A stretch of DNA of 24,082 bases from a virus. Lineage: Duplodnaviria; Caudoviricetes. Position 1 is the stretch's first letter. Every line of letters begins with the position of its first letter. This document shows, one piece after another, positions 6,929 through 14,671 of this stretch. The DNA is taken from positions 1-24,082 of the IMG/VR virus record IMGVR_UViG_3300037467_001945. One strand, given 5' to 3'. Position numbers and translations under genes: made by a program. Below the pieces are notes generated by a model, which saw only the letters and a program-made list of their open reading frames with translations, was not told the DNA's origin and ran no database searches.

Positions 6929-7104
6929 GGGGTCATCTTGGCAGGACTGGCGGGGACCAGCCAGGACTGGGGGGCACTTCGGCCCAATCTCGACGTCACG
7001 TTTATGCAGGTCACCAGGCATGTGTCGGCATGAGTGGGCACTAGCTGCATCCGGATGCGCACAGATGCCTAGACATGGTGGGCATCTATGGGTAAGTTCT
7101 TCGC
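6929..7104. promoter_or_regulatory. Lysis/lysogeny switch: divergent, probably leaderless promoters and operator repeats
   Basis: Rightward TAGACA (7070)-17 nt-TAAGTT (7093)-6 nt-ATG 7105; palindrome GCATCCGGATGC (7047-7058); AGATGCC-N11-GGCATCT (7063-7087); direct repeat CAGGACTGG (6942, 6962). Confidence 0.7.
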
Positions 7105-7350
7105 ATGGCACAGCCCGAAACCACGTACCTAGTGGACGGGACGGCTATATGCACCAAGCGCATGCAAGCGGGGATGGAAGTCAACCAGCTCGCGGAAGCG
7201 GCGGGCATCACGCCCAGCTACCTGCGAAAGCTCGAACGCGGCGACCGCACCCGCATGAGACCTGGCAAGTACCAGGACCTCAGAGCCGCCCTGAACGCGA
7301 ACGAAGACGAACTTCTTGTCCCCCACGACGATCCGCCAGAAAGGAAGTGA
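7105..7350 (+). CDS. Cro-like XRE HTH protein (81 aa)
   Basis: VDGTAICTKRMQAGMEVNQLAEAAGITPSYLRKLERGDR; first gene of the rightward operon. Confidence 0.88.
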   Translation: MAQPETTYLVDGTAICTKRMQAGMEVNQLAEAAGITPSYLRKLERGDRTRMRPGKYQDLRAALNANEDELLVPHDDPPERK

Positions 7351-7351
7351 C

Positions 7352-7624
7352 GTGTCTACCAAGCAGTCCCCGCGCACCCCCACCAAGCCGGAGGACCTCA
7401 ACGCCCCGTTCTTCAGCATCTTGGAGGCGGCGTGGCTCCTGAAGTGCAGCTACGACACGGTGCTGCGCGCCATCCGGAGCGGCCGGCTCGGCGCCAGCCA
7501 GGACGTGCAGGGCGGCGCAATCCGCATCAGCCGCGAGGACCTGGACGCCTACTACGCCGACACCCGCATCGGCCCGCCGATCCGCCGCAGCGCCCGCCGC
7601 AGGCCGGCCCGCGCCGCCGCCTGA
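7352..7624 (+). CDS. Excisionase-like HTH DNA-binding protein (90 aa)
   Basis: AAGGAAG RBS, GTG 7352; FFSILEAAWLLKCSYDTVLRAIRSGRLGA...IRISREDLDAY. Confidence 0.82.
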   Translation: MSTKQSPRTPTKPEDLNAPFFSILEAAWLLKCSYDTVLRAIRSGRLGASQDVQGGAIRISREDLDAYYADTRIGPPIRRSARRRPARAAA

Positions 7625-7706
7625 CGCGGCAGCAAAGAGGCCGCCCCGGACGCGCATCCGAGACGGCCAGACCCACCCACACCATCCGTGAACAGAAGGG
7701 CAGATC

Positions 7707-7922
7707 GTGCCTACATCATCGCACCCCACCTCCCCGCTGATCGAGCCGCTCGGCTCGGACGTCACCGAGATCCACATCATGCCGGGGTTCGGTAACCGGC
7801 TGCAGGTCGTGTTCCACGGCACGCAGGGCATGCCGGAGGCCATGCCCGGCGCGGTCGCCTCGGTGACCGTGTACGGCGACGGCCGCATCTCCTACGAGCC
7901 CATCGAGGAGGCGACCGCATGA
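7707..7922 (+). CDS. Hypothetical protein (71 aa)
   Basis: GAAGGG RBS; stop overlaps the next start (ATGA). Confidence 0.65.
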   Translation: MPTSSHPTSPLIEPLGSDVTEIHIMPGFGNRLQVVFHGTQGMPEAMPGAVASVTVYGDGRISYEPIEEATA

Positions 7923-8230
7923 GCTACTTCAACGTCACCTTCTTCCTCGAGGCGAACGCCGACGCCCGCGGTGCGGGAGAGCCTCACCCGACGCTCTACA
8001 TCCAGCCGGACGGCGGCCACACGGGATCGATCGGGCTGCAGATGAAGTCCTCGCTTTCCCCCGACGAGAAGGTGAGGATCGCGGAGTCCATCCTCTCGGG
8101 CGTCCAACGGTGGCGCGACCAGCTCATTGCCGACGCGGAGCGCCGTCGTACCGCGGAGGACGAACTCGCCGCAGCTCGCGAGGAGATCGCACGACTCAAG
8201 GCCGAGCGGGACGGCGGTGAGGCGCTGTGA
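7919..8230 (+). CDS. Hypothetical protein with C-terminal coiled coil (103 aa)
   Basis: GAGGAGG RBS, ATGA overlap; AEDELAAAREEIARLKAERD. Confidence 0.8.
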   Translation: MSYFNVTFFLEANADARGAGEPHPTLYIQPDGGHTGSIGLQMKSSLSPDEKVRIAESILSGVQRWRDQLIADAERRRTAEDELAAAREEIARLKAERDGGEAL

Positions 8231-8502
8231 CTACCGACCTGTCCCGTCTGGACTTGCCGCTGCCCGAGGTGCAGGCCGAGGCCGAGCGCTTGTGGGCCGA
8301 GCGTGACCGCCGTATCGCCGCGCTTCGTTTCCGTCAGGCCGCGGGCCGGACGACGGACCCGAAGGAGCAGCTGGTGTACCGGCTCGACGCGAAGCTGATC
8401 CGCCACCCCGAGCTGCTGGCCACGGACAAGGACTACCCCGGGTTCGCCGAGTGGGTCGCCGCCCGCGAAGCCGACAACCGCCGCGCCAGGGAGGCGAAGT
8501 GA
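8227..8502 (+). CDS. Hypothetical protein (91 aa)
   Basis: GTGA overlaps at both ends; typical codon use. Confidence 0.75.
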   Translation: MTTDLSRLDLPLPEVQAEAERLWAERDRRIAALRFRQAAGRTTDPKEQLVYRLDAKLIRHPELLATDKDYPGFAEWVAAREADNRRAREAK

Positions 8503-8747
8503 GCACCCACACCCTGACCCGCGAGGAGCGCACGGCCCGGCTAGCCGACCTGCGTGCCCGTGAGGCCGCCCGGAAGGTCGTCATCCGAGGCGTCCCCCTG
8601 ATGGATCTCCCGCTGGAGCGGCGCGTCGAGTTCGCCATCTTCGACCCGGGCTCCATCACCCCGCGCGGTGACGACTACCAGGAGCCGCTGTACCGGTGGC
8701 AGGCCCGCGCGGTCACGGCCGTCCTCGACCCGGAGCCGGTTCGGTGA
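8499..8747 (+). CDS. Hypothetical protein (82 aa)
   Basis: GGGAGG RBS, GTGA overlap; VSTHTLTREERTARL...EPLYRWQARAV. Confidence 0.75.
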   Translation: MSTHTLTREERTARLADLRAREAARKVVIRGVPLMDLPLERRVEFAIFDPGSITPRGDDYQEPLYRWQARAVTAVLDPEPVR

Positions 8748-8905
8748 GCGCCATCACGTGGCCGCCGACGGCACCGACCGCCGACGACATAGCCGACCTG
8801 CACCACGGTCTCGCGCACGTCTTCGGTGACGACCCCGCCCTGTGGGACGCCGAGATCCGCGAACTCCTGGAACTCGCCCGCGTCACCCGCGAGGTCGCCA
8901 CGTGA
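8744..8905 (+). CDS. Hypothetical protein (53 aa)
   Basis: GGAG RBS, GTGA overlaps; VSAITWPPT...VFGDDPALWDAE. Confidence 0.65.
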   Translation: MSAITWPPTAPTADDIADLHHGLAHVFGDDPALWDAEIRELLELARVTREVAT

Positions 8906-9120
8906 CCGCCCCGGTGCCGACGTCCCGCACGTCGCCGATGGCCGGCCTCGTCAACGCCATGGCGCGGCTCTACATCCGCCGCGCACGTCCCGTCATCGCC
9001 GAGCTGGAGGCCGCGGTCGTCGCCGCCACCGAACGCCCCTACGCCGACCGCACCCGCGCCAGCTACGAGGCCAGCCTCGCCGCCGGCTACATCGACCTCA
9101 CGTTCCTGGAGACATCGTGA
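8902..9120 (+). CDS. Hypothetical protein (72 aa)
   Basis: GAGGT RBS, GTGA overlaps. Confidence 0.7.
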   Translation: MTAPVPTSRTSPMAGLVNAMARLYIRRARPVIAELEAAVVAATERPYADRTRASYEASLAAGYIDLTFLETS

Positions 9121-9596
9121 CCACCGCACCCGAGACCTTCCTCGGCGTCGCCGTACCCGAGCAGCTGAAAAGCCAGTGGCGCACCTGGGAAGCCGCGGCC
9201 TGGCGCCAGCAGCAGTACCGCAACACCAACCGCATGTACCCGCCGGATGAGCGGTTCAACGTCAGCCCCCCAAACGGCATGTGCGAGACCCACCGTCAGA
9301 TGTGGCTGGACTACCGCAACATGCACTTCGATCCGCGCACGGGCAACCGCTGGCCCGGCAACCCGGGCTCCCCGTTCACCATCGTCGGCCACGACCTCGG
9401 GCAGGTGCTAGACGAGCGCCGCGTCGAATGGGACGAGAAGGCGTCCGACCAGATGCGGCAGATCGAACGCATCTGCCTGGCGGGCGGTTCCCCTCAGTGC
9501 ACGCCCCGCGAGGAGACGGCCAAGGTGCGCATTCTGCCGACGGCACGCGCCGCCTGGCCCGTTGAGATCCTGCAACTCCCGCAGGAGGCGTCGTGA
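9117..9596 (+). CDS. Hypothetical protein (159 aa)
   Basis: GGAG RBS, GTGA overlaps; Trp-rich, globular-looking. Confidence 0.78.
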   Translation: MTTAPETFLGVAVPEQLKSQWRTWEAAAWRQQQYRNTNRMYPPDERFNVSPPNGMCETHRQMWLDYRNMHFDPRTGNRWPGNPGSPFTIVGHDLGQVLDERRVEWDEKASDQMRQIERICLAGGSPQCTPREETAKVRILPTARAAWPVEILQLPQEAS

Positions 9597-9691
9597 CCTA
9601 CATCGGTATCGCCCTCTGCGCCGGCACCCCGTTCCTGCTGCTCTTCGCCGAGCCTGTCATCGCCTGGCTGGACCGAAGGGGGCAGCAGTGA
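9593..9691 (+). CDS. Micro membrane protein (32 aa; absent from the ORF track)
   Basis: AGGAGG RBS, GTGA overlaps on both sides; VTYIGIALCAGTPFLLLFAEPVIAWLDRRGQQ. Confidence 0.65.
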   Translation: MTYIGIALCAGTPFLLLFAEPVIAWLDRRGQQ

Positions 9692-10071
9692 GCATCGCCA
9701 TACCCTCCCGGGCCGCCGGCCGCCACAGTCGCGCCAACGCGGACGTGCGCGCCCGCCGCGCCGAGGCCGACAACGCCGTACTGATCGCCGTCGTCGAGGA
9801 TCTGGAGCGGGCCGCGCACGCCGCGCTGATCCGCGGCTGCCAGGACGCCATGCTCATCGCCCAACAGCGCGACCAGCTCGCCGGGATGGCCGCCCACTGC
9901 CGGGAGCTGACGCACAAGACGATCCGCGCCCAGGCCGAACAGAAGCGGCTGCGGCAGGCCGTCATCAACGCCCGGCCGCGGATCCGCGAGGTACCCACCG
10001 ACCTGGTCCGGCCGTACTCGCCAGTCGTCGTCCTGCCCTACGTGTCCCCGGTCGACAGCCCGGCCGCCTGA
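9688..10071 (+). CDS. Hypothetical coiled-coil protein (127 aa)
   Basis: AGGGGG RBS, GTGA overlap; helical heptads. Confidence 0.7.
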   Translation: MSIAIPSRAAGRHSRANADVRARRAEADNAVLIAVVEDLERAAHAALIRGCQDAMLIAQQRDQLAGMAAHCRELTHKTIRAQAEQKRLRQAVINARPRIREVPTDLVRPYSPVVVLPYVSPVDSPAA

Positions 10072-10180
10072 ACTCGCCGGCCCGGCGGTGACCCGCCCCG
10101 CCAGGCCGGCGCCGCAACGCAAGAAGCCCCGAGCGCGGCAGACGCCCGGGGTTCCACCACCAGCATCCCACGGAGAAGAG

Positions 10181-10987
10181 ATGCCCCAGATCAGCTTTCC
10201 CCTCGACCAGGCGCACCAGGCACTCGACGAGTTCCTGAACGGCATGGACGCCGTCGACAGCCACGGCAACCGGTACAGCCGCAACATCTACGACGGCAAG
10301 GACAACCGCCTCGCGGTCATCCTCAGCGACAAGGAGTACCGCGACCTGTTGAACGGCTACCACGCCTGGCAGGACTCGCAGGAACCGGTGGACTCCCCGG
10401 ACCTGCCGCCTGGCTACCGGCCGTACATCCACTCCCCGAACGGCACCGAGAACAGGCTCCTCCCGCACGAGCCGCTCCACGCCCCGCTGGCCCACGCCAT
10501 CTACGCCAAGGAGTTCGACGAGCTTGAGCAGCGTGAGCAGGACCGCGTCATCGGCGTCGCCATCGCCTGCCTGCTGCGCACCACGCTCGACCCGGACACG
10601 CAGGGCGCCGTCCCGATCCTGATGTTCAGCCACGACGTCGACGACCCGGAGAACCGCCAGTACTGGCAGCTCGCCTACAAGACCGACGTCAACGGCCTGT
10701 TCCTCCGCGGCACCGGCAACGGCTTCTTCGGCGAGGAATGGGCGATCGTCACCGGCTCCGGCTGGCGCCTCGCCTCCGGCTGGCTGGTGAAGGACGACGC
10801 CGCCCGGGCGGCTGCAGCAGTCGCCCGCGTGCTGCCGTACATCGACTGGATGTCCGCGGACGCCTCCAACTTCACGGAGAAGTCGAAGGCGGCGTTGAAG
10901 GCGACGATCCGCCGCTACCACTTCGCCGGCCTGCGCGAGGACAAGCCCGAGCCCGAGCCGCTCACGGCCGAGACCGCCAACGCCTGA
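10181..10987 (+). CDS. Hypothetical protein (268 aa)
   Basis: GGAG RBS before ATG 10181; strong high-GC3 codon bias; no family recognised. Confidence 0.8.
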   Translation: MPQISFPLDQAHQALDEFLNGMDAVDSHGNRYSRNIYDGKDNRLAVILSDKEYRDLLNGYHAWQDSQEPVDSPDLPPGYRPYIHSPNGTENRLLPHEPLHAPLAHAIYAKEFDELEQREQDRVIGVAIACLLRTTLDPDTQGAVPILMFSHDVDDPENRQYWQLAYKTDVNGLFLRGTGNGFFGEEWAIVTGSGWRLASGWLVKDDAARAAAAVARVLPYIDWMSADASNFTEKSKAALKATIRRYHFAGLREDKPEPEPLTAETANA

Positions 10988-11115
10988 CCCACAGCCACAC
11001 ACCCGCCGACGGAGCGTCCATCCCCCTCGCGCTCCGCGGCACCCAGGGCCCGCCGTTCGCGGCACCCCCTCCGCAACGGCGGGCCCTCCAATCCGTGCAC
11101 CCGAAAGCAGGTCTC

Positions 11116-12054
11116 ATGAGCATCACCGACCACCCGTATCCCGCGCCCGACGGGATCCTGCTCGGCCACCTCACCCCGGGTACGGCCGCCTGGGAGGAGG
11201 CCCGCGCCGGTCTCTCCATCACCGCCACCGAGATCGCCGCCGTCGTTGGCCTGTCGCCGTGGCAGTCCCGGTTCTCCCTGTGGCACAAGAAGGCCGGCCT
11301 GCCGACCCCGCCGTTCGAGATGACCTCGGCGATCGAGTGGGGGACCCGGCTCGAGGACGCGGTCGCCCAGAAGTGGGAGGACGAACACCCCAGCCAGCTG
11401 GCTGCCCCGGCCGGCACGTGGCGGCACCGCGACCGCGAGTGGCAGCGAGCCACCCCCGACCGGCTCATCTACCCGCAGCCGGGCAGCGAGTTCGAGATCG
11501 CCGACCACGCGGACGCCCTGCTGGAGGTGAAGACCAGCCCGTTCGGTGACGAGTGGGGGCCGTCGGGCAGCGACACCATTCCGATCCACTACCGCTGCCA
11601 GGTCATGTGGCAGATGGACACCCTCGGTCTCCACCGCACCGAGTTCGCCGTCCTCATCTCCGGCCACGACTACCGCGAATACACCGTCGACTACGACGAG
11701 GACGAGGCCCGCATCCTCCGCGACGCGGCCGAACGCTTCCTCGACGACGTCCGGCGCGGTGTCCGCCCCGACATCGACGGCGACACCGCCACCTACCAGA
11801 CGATCCGCGTCCAGCCGGACGGCCTCGAGGACCGCGACGTCGAGATCCCCTTCGGTCTCGTCTGCCGCTGGGACGACGCCTACGCCGCCCTCGCCAAGGC
11901 GTCCGCCGACCTCACCCAAGTCCGCGGCGAAGTCCTCGACCTCATCGGCAACGGCCGCCGCGCGGTCTGCGAAGGCCGCCGCATCGCCTACCGCACCGTC
12001 CGCGACGGCCACACCCACAGCCTCAACCCGTACTCCAGCAAGGACGCAGCGTGA
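11116..12054 (+). CDS. YqaJ-like (lambda-exonuclease family) recombination exonuclease (312 aa)
   Basis: WEEARAGLSITATEIAAVVGLSPW, WGTRLE, ATPDRL, LLEVKT (PD-(D/E)xK), YRCQVMWQM. Confidence 0.92.
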   Translation: MSITDHPYPAPDGILLGHLTPGTAAWEEARAGLSITATEIAAVVGLSPWQSRFSLWHKKAGLPTPPFEMTSAIEWGTRLEDAVAQKWEDEHPSQLAAPAGTWRHRDREWQRATPDRLIYPQPGSEFEIADHADALLEVKTSPFGDEWGPSGSDTIPIHYRCQVMWQMDTLGLHRTEFAVLISGHDYREYTVDYDEDEARILRDAAERFLDDVRRGVRPDIDGDTATYQTIRVQPDGLEDRDVEIPFGLVCRWDDAYAALAKASADLTQVRGEVLDLIGNGRRAVCEGRRIAYRTVRDGHTHSLNPYSSKDAA

Positions 12055-12836
12055 ACCAGATCAGCAACGCCATCGCCACCCGCGACAACGGACCCGAGGC
12101 CATCGTCCGCCAGCACAAGGACGACCTCACCCTCGTCCTCCCCTCCCACGTCAAGGGCGAGACGTGGATGCGCCTCGCCTACGGCGCCCTCCGCTCCAAC
12201 AAGCAGCTCATGCAGGCCGCCACCCGGAACCCCGGCAGCCTCATGAACGCCCTGCAGGAGTGCGCCCGCCTCGGCCACGAGCCGGGTACCGAGGCTTACT
12301 ACCTGGTCCCGTTCGGCAACGAGGTCCAGGGCATCGAGGGCTACCGCGGAGTCGTCGAACGCATCTACCGGGCCGGCGCCGTCAAGGCCGTCAAGGCCGA
12401 AGTGGTTTGCGCCAACGACCACTTCGACTACAGCCCCGACATGGACCGGCCCATCCACAAGCCCACCTACTTCGGCGACCGCGGGCCCATCGTCGGCGCC
12501 TACGCCTACGGCGTCTTCCACGACGGCTCCACCAGCAAGGTCGTCGTCATCGACCGCGCCTACATCGACAAGGTCCGCAAGGAGTCCAAGGGCAGCAACA
12601 GCCCCACCAGCCCATGGGTGAAGTGGGAAGAGTCCATGGTCCTCAAGACCGTCGCCAAGCGCCTGGAGCCGTGGGTCCCGTCCTCCACCGAGTGGCGCAA
12701 GGAGCAGCTCCGCGCCGCCGCGGAAGTCGCCGCCGAGCGCACCGACACCGGCCAGCAGCCGGCCGTCTACCGCGCGTCCGACTCGCGCGACGACTTCAAC
12801 GACGACGAGCCCGTTGAGGGCGAACTCGTCGACTAG
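12051..12836 (+). CDS. recT: RecT-family single-strand annealing protein (261 aa)
   Basis: GTGA overlap with YqaJ; SLMNALQECARLGHEP, YYLVPFG, GYRG, AEVVCANDHF, SPW...ESMVLKTVAKRL..WVPSS; acidic tail. Confidence 0.92.
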   Translation: MNQISNAIATRDNGPEAIVRQHKDDLTLVLPSHVKGETWMRLAYGALRSNKQLMQAATRNPGSLMNALQECARLGHEPGTEAYYLVPFGNEVQGIEGYRGVVERIYRAGAVKAVKAEVVCANDHFDYSPDMDRPIHKPTYFGDRGPIVGAYAYGVFHDGSTSKVVVIDRAYIDKVRKESKGSNSPTSPWVKWEESMVLKTVAKRLEPWVPSSTEWRKEQLRAAAEVAAERTDTGQQPAVYRASDSRDDFNDDEPVEGELVD

Positions 12837-12902
12837 CCCGCACAGCGGAGGCCGCCCGCGGGCAGTGCGGGCGGCCCCATCACCCGACAAGGAAACCACG
12901 CC

Positions 12903-13196
12903 ATGCCTGAGCTTCTCGTCCAGATCGGCGGCCAGACGCTGCCGCTCCGCTCCTGCCACTGGGTCCTCTTCGGCCCGAACGACTGCGCCTACGCCTCCGA
13001 GTACGGCGACGGCGCCAGCAACGCCGAGCAGGCCCACACCAACTTCACCCCGCGCCAGCGGGACCGGGACCGGCAGACCCGGCAGGGCTTCCGCATCGAA
13101 CTCCTCAGCAAGGAGCAGTGGCGCGAGCAGGCGGGCCCGTGCTTCTACGGCACCTGCAACCACCGGCCGCTCCAGGCGCAGGCGGTGGCGTCATGA
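12903..13196 (+). CDS. Hypothetical protein (97 aa)
   Basis: AAGGA RBS; ATGA overlap downstream. Confidence 0.75.
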   Translation: MPELLVQIGGQTLPLRSCHWVLFGPNDCAYASEYGDGASNAEQAHTNFTPRQRDRDRQTRQGFRIELLSKEQWREQAGPCFYGTCNHRPLQAQAVAS

Positions 13197-13561
13197 CCCA
13201 GCTGCAGATCCCCATGCAGCCCGTGCAGGGCACCGTCTCGGCGGCGGCTGGCGAGGCCGCGAAGGAAGCCGGAACCGCCCGCGCCCGCAAGCACACCCCG
13301 CCCGACTGGGCCACCGCCGTCCAGAACGGCATAGCCCTCCTCGCCAAGCGCGGCGTCCCCTTCCAGGCCGCCGACCTGATCCGCGAAGGCCTCGTCGACG
13401 AGCCCGAGCACCCGGCCATGTGGGGGCCCCAGTTCGGGATCGCCGCCCGCGCCGGAGTCATCGAGCACGCCGGAGTCGTCCCGTCGACCCGGGCCACCGT
13501 GCACAGGAGCCTCTGCCGCCAGTGGATCGGGACGGCCGCCTACCGGCAGGCGGTCGCCTGA
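13193..13561 (+). CDS. Hypothetical phage protein (122 aa)
   Basis: ATGA overlap; PFQAADL...PEHPAMWGPQF..AARAGVI...H....RQW. Confidence 0.75.
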   Translation: MTQLQIPMQPVQGTVSAAAGEAAKEAGTARARKHTPPDWATAVQNGIALLAKRGVPFQAADLIREGLVDEPEHPAMWGPQFGIAARAGVIEHAGVVPSTRATVHRSLCRQWIGTAAYRQAVA

Positions 13562-13668
13562 TGCTCGACCAGCTCCAGCAACTGCCCGTCGGCGCGATCT
13601 TCCCCCTGATCTACGCCGCCCTGATCGGTGTCGGCCTCGGCCTCCTCTGCAGCGGGAGGCAGCGATGA
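13561..13668 (+). CDS. Micro membrane protein (35 aa)
   Basis: TGATG overlap; MLDQLQQLPVGAIFPLIYAALIGVGLGLLCSGRQR. Confidence 0.6.
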   Translation: MLDQLQQLPVGAIFPLIYAALIGVGLGLLCSGRQR

Positions 13669-13847
13669 CCGGACCCGCCTGGGCCGCCCTCCTGGTCGGG
13701 CTCATCGTCTTCTGGCCCGCCACCTGCGAACTCACCCGCCTTGGCCGCCGGGTCCGTGCACGACGCGACATCCGCCGCCTCGAACATCCCGCCGACCACC
13801 CCCGCTACAGCCACACCCCGGCCAGGAAGGAGACGCCGCAGTCATGA
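13665..13847 (+). CDS. Small protein with N-terminal hydrophobic helix (60 aa)
   Basis: GGGAGG RBS, ATGA overlaps. Confidence 0.65.
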   Translation: MTGPAWAALLVGLIVFWPATCELTRLGRRVRARRDIRRLEHPADHPRYSHTPARKETPQS

Positions 13848-14671
13848 CCACCGATCACATCGCCCACTACGCCTGCTACCGGCGCGGATGCCGCCGCGAC
13901 GAATGCCGCACCGCCGACCGCATCTACCGCAAGCAGTACGAGCTTCGGCGCCTGAGCGGCATCCCCTCCCACATCCCCGGGCCGGTCGTCGCAGCCCACC
14001 TCCGCCTCCTCATCGACAGCGGCCACACCATCCGCGGCATCTCCCGGGAAGCCGCCGTGTCCGAGCGGGCCATCAACTACATCCTCAACGGCCAGAAGAA
14101 GGTCACCCGCCCCAAGGCTCTCGCCCTGCTCACCGTCCGCCCTCTCAACGAGGCGCCGCGCGTCGACCCGACCGGCACCATCCGACGCATCCAAGCCCTC
14201 GCCGCCATCGGCTGGCCGATCGTCTGGACCGCCGAGCACACCGGCTTCCACCCTTCCTACCTGTTCAACATCATCGCCGGTCGCGTCCACACGATCCCCC
14301 GGCACGTGGCGGACCGATTTACCGCCATCTACCGGGAGTACAGCCACCAGGCCGGACCTTCCGTCTTCACGCGCAGCGTCGCCCGCCGCAACAACTGGCA
14401 CGGGCCGCTCTCCTGGGACTGCATTGACGACCCCAACGAGCAGCCCGAGCAGGCTGAACCCTACGAGCCGGCCACCAAGTACGAGCGCGACCCGGACAAG
14501 CGGGCCGAGATCGAGCACCTGTACCTGCTCGGTGAGTCCGTCCCGTCGATCGCCAAGCAGCTCGGCAACAACGAGAAGTACATCAGCGACCAGCTCAGCG
14601 ACATCCTCCGCCAGCGCGCGCGGCGGGCCAAGCAGAAGACGACCAAGGAAGGATTGGAGGTGGCCGCCTGA
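13844..14671 (+). CDS. Putative DNA-binding protein (275 aa) with N-terminal Cys/His motif and multiple HTH-like segments
   Basis: AAGGAG RBS; HYACYRRGCRRDEC; TIRGISREAAVSERAINYI; RRIQALAAIGW; SVPSIAKQLG. Confidence 0.78.
   Translation: MTTDHIAHYACYRRGCRRDECRTADRIYRKQYELRRLSGIPSHIPGPVVAAHLRLLIDSGHTIRGISREAAVSERAINYILNGQKKVTRPKALALLTVRPLNEAPRVDPTGTIRRIQALAAIGWPIVWTAEHTGFHPSYLFNIIAGRVHTIPRHVADRFTAIYREYSHQAGPSVFTRSVARRNNWHGPLSWDCIDDPNEQPEQAEPYEPATKYERDPDKRAEIEHLYLLGESVPSIAKQLGNNEKYISDQLSDILRQRARRAKQKTTKEGLEVAA

Noticed and set aside
6494-7111. 205-aa long version of the repressor (also extended starts at 1405, 1797, 10738, 11553, 13628, 21467)
   Set aside because: Extensions run through promoter regions or neighbouring genes; downstream starts fit the RBS, overlap and promoter evidence better
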